Positions 21,285 to 27,890 are shown, counted from the stretch's first letter. The stretch: 32,000 nt of DNA from Candidatus Arthromitus sp. SFB-mouse-Japan (GCF_000270205.1 NC_015913.1:90001-122000), one strand, 5' to 3'. A program made the numbers and translations. Notes: generated by a model not told the origin, from the sequence alone.

Positions 21285-22460
21285 TATTATATTTTCAAAT
21301 ATATCTACTGATTGTTTAGCTAACTTATCTGTATTATGGGTATAAGTATTAAGTGTAGTTTGAATATTATTATGTCCTAGTCTATGTTGTACATCTTTAA
21401 TGTTAGCACCATTTTCAACTAGTAATGTAGCGTGGGTGTGTCTTAATGAGTGGAAATTAAAAGGTATACCTAATTCATAATTAATAACACGCGACGCGTA
21501 TTTAAATGAATCTGGTGTTAATAACATTCCGTTACTTTTTACGCACACCATATTTAATAAATGTTCTTTTAAATTTAGAGAACTTGTTGTGATTTTATCA
21601 TTTATGTTGTATTGTTTTATATAATGTTCTCCGTATTCTAAGCGTTTAATATCAATATATCTTTTATGATACTTTAGTGCGTTTTTCAAGGTATTACCTA
21701 TATTAATTATTCTGCTAGAGGAGGTGGTCTTAGGTTCACCAAAATACCAAGACGTATCCTTTTTATATATTAGTTTGTTAATATTGATTGTGTTATTATC
21801 TAAATCAATGTCATCCCACGTTAAACCCATTGCTTCACCTATGCGACAACCAGTATGATAACCAATCATTAAAGGGATATAGAAAGATGATCTTTCGGGA
21901 AAGCGTTTTATTATAGCGTTAAAATCATCATTAGTTATAATTTTATGTTTATCTGTAGTTTTGGTATTATTATACTTAGGAATTTTAACATATTGCATAG
22001 GGTTATTCTTTAGAAAATTCATAGGATGTACTGAGTAGTTAAGGGAACCACTCAATAAGGATATTATATTATTTAGATGATTTTTTGATATACCAGTTAA
22101 ATATTTGCTATTTATAAAATCTTGTAATTTACCAGGAGTTAAAGAAGTTAATTTTAAAATGCCTAAAGAGGGTTTAATATGTTTATCTATTATTAATCTA
22201 TAAGAGCGTTGAGTATTGTATCTGCAATTTAACAGTACATAAGCATCAAACCATAAATCCATATAATCTGATACTGATATATTTGTTTTTTGAAGTTGTT
22301 CACCATTTTCGTAATCTTCCAAAGCCTTTCTTAAAGCTGCTTCAGCTTCTTTTTTGGTTCTACCTCCAACTCTTTCAATCCTTTTTCTTTTTCCGTCGAC
22401 CCTAGCTGCCTCAAACGAGTAATACCACTTGTCTCCTCGTTTTCTAACACTTCCGGTCAT
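21270..22460 (-). CDS. int: Phage tyrosine integrase
   Basis: 396 aa. Catalytic region GCRIGEAMGLTWDDIDL, HSLRHTHATLL, LGH....T...YTH (R..HxxR..Y). SD GGAGATATAAAA precedes the ATG. Confidence 0.93.
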   Translation of the reverse strand: MTGSVRKRGDKWYYSFEAARVDGKRKRIERVGGRTKKEAEAALRKALEDYENGEQLQKTNISVSDYMDLWFDAYVLLNCRYNTQRSYRLIIDKHIKPSLGILKLTSLTPGKLQDFINSKYLTGISKNHLNNIISLLSGSLNYSVHPMNFLKNNPMQYVKIPKYNNTKTTDKHKIITNDDFNAIIKRFPERSSFYIPLMIGYHTGCRIGEAMGLTWDDIDLDNNTININKLIYKKDTSWYFGEPKTTSSSRIINIGNTLKNALKYHKRYIDIKRLEYGEHYIKQYNINDKITTSSLNLKEHLLNMVCVKSNGMLLTPDSFKYASRVINYELGIPFNFHSLRHTHATLLVENGANIKDVQHRLGHNNIQTTLNTYTHNTDKLAKQSVDIFENIILPTY

Positions 22461-22522
22461 TTTTATATCTCCTTTTTGATTTAATTTTACACGGGATTAT
22501 ATATAAAAGTAAATATAATAGT
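22458..22522. repeat. Integrase start plus upstream region, copy a of a ~65-bp repeat (copy b at 25466-25532)
   Basis: CAT..TTATATCTCC-TTTTTGATTTAATTTTACA..GGAATT/GGGATT..ATAAAAGTAAA.ATAATAGT is shared between the two copies, by eye. Confidence 0.75.
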
Positions 22523-22694
22523 AAATGTGATAGTTTATGCTGCGAATTAATCATAAATAGTTAATTGATGCTTTGTTTAATTTTATAATATTCTGAAAAG
22601 CATATCAATTCCTATTAAATTGTTATAAAATATAACCATAATAATTGAATATATTTAATACTAAAATATTATAATATTAAAGGGTGGTGATCTT

Positions 22695-23999
22695 ATGTTT
22701 ACTGGTATTAAGCTTAAGAATTTTAAATCACTAGTTGATTTTGAAGTTAAATTCCCTAGAAATAGAAAATTAGTTATAATTTATGGAGAAAATGGTGTTG
22801 GAAAATCTAATTTTATAGATGCCTTTAGTATTTTGAGAAAACTAGTTACTGGTAGACCCTTTGATGTAGATGATTTTTTGGAATTGGCAAATCTTAAATT
22901 CAATCACGGTCTTAGTAATATAGACATGGATGCTGAAGTTATTACAGATTTGTTTAAGACATCTAACCTTAAAAGGATTATTGAGTCATGTAAGACTATA
23001 AACTCAGAAGGCGAAAATATGGTATTATCATTTGACTTTACTTTAAGAGGAAAAAAAGGATCGTATATTATAGAAACTGATGATAATAGGCTAATATCTG
23101 AGAGATTAGAATATGTATATAATAAGCAAATTGTTGAATTCTTTAATGTTAATAATGATGAAATTTATTTAAACGAAAAAGTGATAAAAAATAAAGAATA
23201 TTACGAAGAACTGATAAATAATTGTGAAAAGTATTGGGGTAAAAATACTTTGACGTCTATGATATTTAAAGATATACAGTCAAAAAACGATAAGTATATG
23301 TCTAAATCTCTGACTAAGAATATGATAGAGATAATCGATTACTTTAGTAGTTTAAATATTAGTGTCAGTGGTCAAATCTTATTTCCTGGTTTACATTTAG
23401 GTGAAGGAATTACACAGATGTCAAATCAGGCAGAACTAGATAAGAATGAAAAAATTTTGGATGATATATTCACTCGTTTATATCCAGATATAAAACAGGT
23501 GTATTACAAAAAAGAGATAATTGATGATGGTAAAATAAATTATAAGTTGTACTTTAAAAAGCTTGTAGGTAATAAAATTTTAGATATAGATATTGAACGA
23601 GAGTCTAAAGGTACCAAACAAGTATTAAATATAACGAAACAAATTTTATATGGTTTAGATAAACAAGTGTTAATCATCGATGAATTTGATACAGGTATAC
23701 ATGATATATTAGCTAAATCTATGTTGCAGAGTTTATATGATAGTTTAGATATGCAAATAATTATTACTACGCATAATACATTACTCATAGAAGCTAAAGA
23801 CTTATGTAAAAACGCATATGTACTAACGCATAATATTGATGGAAGTAAGGATATGATAGCTATATCTGATTTTGAAAAAAGAATCCATAGTAATTTAAAT
23901 ATTAGAGATAGATATCTAAGAGGAATGTATGGAGGTGTGCCAATCCCGCTCGATATAGATTTTTCTGATTATAGTGATGCTAATTTGGAGGATTGTTAG
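22695..23999 (+). CDS. ABC/AAA_21-type ATPase (COG1106-like; AbiLi / AriA / OLD-ATPase-like), defence candidate
   Basis: Walker A GENGVGKSNF at residues ~31-40, signature-like ESKGTKQVL, Walker B/D-loop VLIIDEFDTGIH, H-loop ITTHN and a C-terminal RDRYLRGMYGGVP tail. SD GGTGGTGA precedes the ATG. Confidence 0.8.
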   Translation: MFTGIKLKNFKSLVDFEVKFPRNRKLVIIYGENGVGKSNFIDAFSILRKLVTGRPFDVDDFLELANLKFNHGLSNIDMDAEVITDLFKTSNLKRIIESCKTINSEGENMVLSFDFTLRGKKGSYIIETDDNRLISERLEYVYNKQIVEFFNVNNDEIYLNEKVIKNKEYYEELINNCEKYWGKNTLTSMIFKDIQSKNDKYMSKSLTKNMIEIIDYFSSLNISVSGQILFPGLHLGEGITQMSNQAELDKNEKILDDIFTRLYPDIKQVYYKKEIIDDGKINYKLYFKKLVGNKILDIDIERESKGTKQVLNITKQILYGLDKQVLIIDEFDTGIHDILAKSMLQSLYDSLDMQIIITTHNTLLIEAKDLCKNAYVLTHNIDGSKDMIAISDFEKRIHSNLNIRDRYLRGMYGGVPIPLDIDFSDYSDANLEDC

Positions 24000-24587
24000 A
24001 TGGGAGGTAAGAAAGCACAAATACAGTATTTACGCTGTATACTAATTTGTCATGGCAAATCAGAAAAAGAATTTATGGAGACTATAAAGCAAAATTTACG
24101 TTTAAAGATACACATAGAGTCAGATAAAAAAGGAAGTAAGTCTATTCAGATAAATAGTCTGAATAAGACTTTGAAAAATCACAAGTATGGTAAACGTGAT
24201 AATTTTTTAAGATATTTTGAGGATATAGAATTAATAAAAGGTAAAATAACATCTGAGTTTAAAATTTTTACGTTATTGGATACGGATGATAAAGAAAAAG
24301 AAATAAACTTGATAAAATATTTGAATAAAGAAATGTTTAAAGAGCATCATCTTTATGATCATATAGTACCTATTTATAATACTCCTAATTTAGAAAGTGT
24401 TTTTGAAGAAATTGGTCATGTATTTAAGAATAAAGGCGAGGCAAGAAAAAGAGAGTATAAAGATTTATTGAAACCATATCCAACCCCTAAACTTGCTCGG
24501 AATTATTTAAAAGATTTATCGGGAAAATTTGAAAAGAGCAAAAACACTAATCTTAATCATGTTATTAATTTTCTCCTTAATATATAA
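24000..24587 (+). CDS. Small Toprim-like partner protein (RloB / DUF4276 / AbiLii-like), defence candidate
   Basis: The ATG abuts the ATPase stop (TAGATG) and is preceded by GGAGG. The N-terminal ILICHGKSEKEF resembles the CEGxxTE strand-turn of RloB-type Toprim proteins. A later LLDTDD resembles the Toprim DxD motif. Family assignment is from memory of motifs, not from a search. Confidence 0.6.
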   Translation: MGGKKAQIQYLRCILICHGKSEKEFMETIKQNLRLKIHIESDKKGSKSIQINSLNKTLKNHKYGKRDNFLRYFEDIELIKGKITSEFKIFTLLDTDDKEKEINLIKYLNKEMFKEHHLYDHIVPIYNTPNLESVFEEIGHVFKNKGEARKREYKDLLKPYPTPKLARNYLKDLSGKFEKSKNTNLNHVINFLLNI

Positions 24588-24602
24588 CCCTTAAATAATT
24601 GC

Positions 24603-24768
24603 GAAATATAAGCTTACATTAAATTTATAAGTGCTTCGCGAAGCTATATTAATACTTGATTGTAGTAGAATACTTGGTATTGCTATTCATAGATGAATTA
24701 TGTAGAATATTAGTGTTCGCAAAAATAGTATGTCTATTTATGATTAGCAGCTGTTTTTAAATTTAACG
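24603..24768 (+). promoter_or_regulatory. CRISPR leader 1 (166 bp) with predicted sigma-70-type promoter
   Basis: Near-identical to 26605-26770 (about 3 substitutions by eye). -35 TTGCTA (24680-24685), 17-nt spacer, -10 TAGAAT (24703-24708). Contains the palindrome GCTTCGCGAAGC at 24633-24644. Confidence 0.6.
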
Positions 24769-24999
24769 GTCGCACCTCACGCAGGTGCGTGGATTGAAAT
24801 GAGGATAAAGGAGTTGGCAATTTACATAGTGCATCGTCGCACCTCACGCAGGTGCGTGGATTGAAATTACGTAGTTCTATAACTTTACCAATTATGTGTA
24901 GTCGCACCTCACGCAGGTGCGTGGATTGAAATATATCTAATATTTTAGCTAACTCTAACTGAGTCAGGTCGCACCTCACGTAGGTGCGTGGATTGAAGG
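24769..24999 (+). CRISPR. Mini-CRISPR array 1: four 32-bp repeats and three spacers (35/33/35 bp); type I-C-like repeat
   Basis: Repeats GTCGCACCTCACGCAGGTGCGTGGATTGAAAT at 24769-24800, 24836-24867, 24901-24932 and 24968-24999. The last repeat is degenerate (C14T, terminal AT>GG). Internal hairpin GCACCT/AGGTGC. The leader lies upstream and the degenerate repeat is distal, which gives + orientation. Confidence 0.93.
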
Positions 25000-25014
25000 T
25001 GCCAGACATATAAT

Positions 25015-25048
25015 AAAACCCCACTTGAAATTAATCAGGTGGGGTTTT
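25015..25048. terminator. Bidirectional hairpin between array 1 and the truncated repressor
   Basis: AAAACCCCAC (25015-25024) pairs with GTGGGGTTTT (25039-25048), with A/T runs on both sides. Confidence 0.6.
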
Positions 25049-25434
25049 AAAATCTCCGTCTAAGTTCTACGACCTTTCCGATTATGTGTATAGGTTTATC
25101 TGCAATGTCATTTTTATCGTAGTACATAGGCTCATATCTAGGATTTAACGACACAAGGCTTATACCGTCCTTGTGTTTTATTATTTTTTTACACGTTGCC
25201 TCGTCACCATTAACGCAGACTATAGCTATGTCTCCAGAGTTAACGTCTTGCTGTTTCCTGACTATTACGACATCTCCAGCATCCATTGTGGGAGACATCG
25301 AATCACCCTTGATTACGAGAGCAAAATACTCTCCTTGAGATGCAAGTTTAGGTGATATCTCTTCCCAACCGATAATTTCTTCAATCGCCGTTATGGGTAT
25401 ACCAGCTATAACAGTACCTAGTATGGGTATTTTA
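25047..25434 (-). pseudogene. 5'-truncated copy of the LexA-like repressor (S24 peptidase domain only)
   Basis: Homologous to 27113-27499. Encodes KIPILGTVIAGIPITAIEE..GDSMSPTMDAGD..HIIGKVVELRRRF but has no HTH domain. The reading frame has no start codon upstream of MSPTMD. Homology stops at ~25434. Confidence 0.8.
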
Positions 25435-25465
25435 ATAGCTTTATTGGATTGATCAGATCTGGAAT

Positions 25466-25532
25466 CATTTATTATATCTCCTTTTTTGATTTAATTTTAC
25501 AAGGAATTAGACATAAAAGTAAAGATAATAGT
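25466..25532. repeat. Copy b of the integrase-start/upstream repeat
   Basis: On the minus strand GGAGATATAATAAATGA matches the int SD plus ATGA (GGAGATATAAAAATGA), and similarity continues upstream. No integrase ORF follows: the ATG opens only a 16-codon frame. Confidence 0.75.
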
Positions 25533-25604
25533 TTTATCTGACAAATTAATGGGCAATATAAGTTTAGAAATTGTAGTATATTTGGGTATACCTTGTTATA
25601 ATTA

Positions 25605-26375
25605 TTGGTGAAGAAGGAGATAATATGGGGGTGTTTAAACATGGAAGAAAAAGAAAAGTTGCTTAAAAAATCTAAAGAAATTTTTAGCTTAGTTAGTTGT
25701 ATGTATTGTTATTATAGTGGTCCTTATAAAATTGAAACTGTTTGTATTTTATTATGTAATGCTTGGGAATTAATGTTGAAAGCTTATATAATCGGTAAGA
25801 AGGGGAAAGAAGGAATAGTATATAAAAATAAACAGAATAAGGGTAGGACTATTGGATTAAATGAATGTATAAGTAAAGTATTTACGAATAAGCATGATAT
25901 ATTACGTAAACATTTGGAGTCTGTAATTAGATATAGGAATTCGGTTGTACATTATACAGTTGATAGTTTTGACTTATCTTTATACTCTAAAATAGAGTAT
26001 TGTATAGTGAATTTTAAAGCGAAAATGTGTGAACTTCACAATGTTAATATGTCCGATATGATAGTTAACCAGGCTAATGAAGAAATCTTAAAAAATGATG
26101 TCGATTTGTATAAGTATAGTAAAAAGAGTTTGTGTAGGGAAATAAATAATGTATTGAAATCTTTGGGGATTGAGTTTAAAATCGATAGTCAATCCTTTGA
26201 ATTGTTTGATAGGGTGTACGGAATTAAAGAAAATAAAGAGTATTGTCTTATAAGTAATGTTAATAACAGGCCATCTTATAGATATTCATCAAGAGTTTTA
26301 AATTTTATCGTAGGATTGATACAAAAAAATCCTAACAATATTAAAGAAGTCTTAAAGAATAAAATAAAAAAATAA
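25605..26375 (+). CDS. HEPN-like (Rx4H motif; DUF3644-like) protein, abortive-infection/toxin candidate
   Basis: The motif NAWELMLKAYII, then ~55 residues, then IRYRNSVVHY (R-N-S-V-V-H = Rx4H) matches my recollection of DUF3644/HEPN proteins. The start is ambiguous: TTG 25605 in the ORF track or ATG 25641. Confidence 0.6.
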   Translation: MVKKEIIWGCLNMEEKEKLLKKSKEIFSLVSCMYCYYSGPYKIETVCILLCNAWELMLKAYIIGKKGKEGIVYKNKQNKGRTIGLNECISKVFTNKHDILRKHLESVIRYRNSVVHYTVDSFDLSLYSKIEYCIVNFKAKMCELHNVNMSDMIVNQANEEILKNDVDLYKYSKKSLCREINNVLKSLGIEFKIDSQSFELFDRVYGIKENKEYCLISNVNNRPSYRYSSRVLNFIVGLIQKNPNNIKEVLKNKIKK

Positions 26376-26604
26376 GCTAACCCCAGGGGCAAAGGAATTC
26401 TTGGTTTAATTTATTAAATTAAACCTACTCCTATTTAGGAACCCAGCCTTATCCATCCCAAGTTAGCTTACATTTATATAATATGTACATATCGTGTATA
26501 TTATTCATATACACTTACATTGTACAATAAATAATTTATAAAATCAATATTTTGTAGGTAAAAATCTGTTTAACTAGGCTTATTTAAGCTGGTTATTTTA
26601 CTCG

Positions 26605-26770
26605 GAAATATAAGCTTACATTAAATTTATAAGTGCTTCGCGAAGCTATATTAATACTTGATTGTAGTAGAATAATTGGTATTGCTATTCATAGATGAAT
26701 TATGTAGAATATTAGTGTTCGCAAAAATGGTGTGTCTATTTATGATTAGCAGCTGTTTTTAAATTTAACG
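26605..26770 (+). promoter_or_regulatory. CRISPR leader 2 (166 bp) with predicted promoter
   Basis: Duplicate of leader 1. -35 TTGCTA (26682-26687), 17-nt spacer, -10 TAGAAT (26705-26710). Palindrome GCTTCGCGAAGC at 26635-26646. Confidence 0.6.
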
Positions 26771-27067
26771 GTCGCACCTCACGCAGGTGCGTGGATTGAA
26801 ATTTATTTGTCCAAATTCTAAGTTGTCAAATATTTTGTCGCACCTCACGCAGGTGCGTGGATTGAAATTAGTAGGCTTGTCCTCCTTACTTTTAAACTCC
26901 CGTCGCACCTCATACAGGTGCGTGGATTGAAATTAAGATTTTTTATTGATGTGTACATAATCACCCCTGTCGCACCTCACGCAGGTGCGTGGATTGAAAT
27001 CTTTATAATGGATTTGCTTTATGAGTTATTTAGATGTCGCACCTCACGCAGGTGCGTGGATTGAAGG
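26771..27067 (+). CRISPR. Mini-CRISPR array 2: five 32-bp repeats and four spacers (34/33/35/35 bp); same repeat family
   Basis: Repeats at 26771-26802, 26837-26868, 26902-26933 (loop variant CATAC), 26969-27000 and 27036-27067 (terminal AT>GG, as in array 1). Confidence 0.93.
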
Positions 27068-27082
27068 TGTCATACATATAAT

Positions 27083-27114
27083 AAAAACCACTTGAAATTA
27101 ATCGAGTGGTTTTT
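27083..27114. terminator. Bidirectional hairpin between array 2 and the repressor gene
   Basis: AAAAACCACT (27083-27092) pairs with AGTGGTTTTT (27105-27114). Confidence 0.6.
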
Positions 27115-27826
27115 AAAATCTCCGTCTAAGTTCTACGACTTTACCAATTATGTGTATAGGTTTGCTTACAATGTCATTTTTATCATAGTACATAGGCTCA
27201 TATCTAGGATTTAACGACACAAGGCTTATACCGTCCTTGTGTTTTATTATTTTTTTACATGTTGCTTCATCACCATTAACGCAAACTATAGCTATGTCTC
27301 CAGAGTTAACGTCTTGCTGTTTCCTGACTATTACGACATCTCCAGCATCCATTGTGGGAGACATGGAGTCTCCTTTAATTTTTAACGCAAAGTACTCTCC
27401 TTGAGATGCAAGTTTAGGTGATATCTCTTCCCATCCGATAATCTCCTCAATCGCCGATATTGGGATACCCGCTATTACGGTGCCTAGTATGGGTATTTTT
27501 ACGCAGGCTTGTACGTTTAGACCAAGACCATTTTTATATGATATTACTTTAGTAGAACTGGTAACTTGTATAGGTTGCTGTGCATTGATAAATTCAATAT
27601 GATCTTGATCATTTAATAGTACGGATTCATCGATTCCTAATGCTTGGGCAATTATTTTAATTTTGGACTGAGGAATATCGTTGATACCAGTCTCTATCTT
27701 ATTTATTGTAGACCTAGCTTTATAACCGCACCTTTTTGCCAATTCATCTTGCGACAATCCACGCATTAGTCTAATACGTTTGATTTTGTCGCCTAGTTTC
27801 TTTTTTTCAATATTATTAGTATCCAT
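27113..27826 (-). CDS. Phage repressor, LexA/CI-like (Xre HTH + S24 peptidase)
   Basis: The N-terminal HTH (LSQDELAKRCGYKARSTINKIETG) is followed by an S24 domain with the GDSM Ser and a downstream Lys (CKKI). It is divergent from a cro-like gene. Confidence 0.92.
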   Translation of the reverse strand: MDTNNIEKKKLGDKIKRIRLMRGLSQDELAKRCGYKARSTINKIETGINDIPQSKIKIIAQALGIDESVLLNDQDHIEFINAQQPIQVTSSTKVISYKNGLGLNVQACVKIPILGTVIAGIPISAIEEIIGWEEISPKLASQGEYFALKIKGDSMSPTMDAGDVVIVRKQQDVNSGDIAIVCVNGDEATCKKIIKHKDGISLVSLNPRYEPMYYDKNDIVSKPIHIIGKVVELRRRF

Positions 27827-27832
27827 GTATAA

Positions 27833-27862
27833 ATTATAGTAAGCAATATGTCAATCAGTCAA
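27833..27862 (-). promoter_or_regulatory. Predicted repressor promoter giving a leaderless or near-leaderless mRNA
   Basis: On the minus strand: TTGACT (27862-27857), 18-nt spacer, TATAAT (27838-27833). The repressor ATG begins 7 nt after the -10 element and there is no SD between them. Confidence 0.45.
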
Positions 27863-27890
27863 TAAAAACAGCCTTTTTAATAAAAAAATG

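Noticed and set aside
24734-25024. 96-aa minus-strand ORF with internally repetitive sequence (FNPRT.VRCD / FQSTHLREVR)
   Set aside because: It is a read-through of CRISPR array 1. The repetitive peptide simply reflects translation of the 32-bp repeats.
25173-25355. 60-aa plus-strand ORF inside the truncated repressor copy
   Set aside because: It is antisense to the conserved S24-domain reading frame and has no SD. The equivalent region of the intact repressor copy has no such ORF in the track.
26376-26604. 229-bp segment between the HEPN-like gene and leader 2 that has no counterpart in unit 1. It contains an AT-rich palindrome (GGTTTAATTTA/TAAATTAAACC, 26403-26425) and AAGCTAAC/GTTAGCTT inverted 8-mers
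   Set aside because: It may just be the cargo gene's terminator plus recombination filler. The repeats are short and AT-rich, and I see no ORF, tRNA-like or repeat-family signal to support a specific call.
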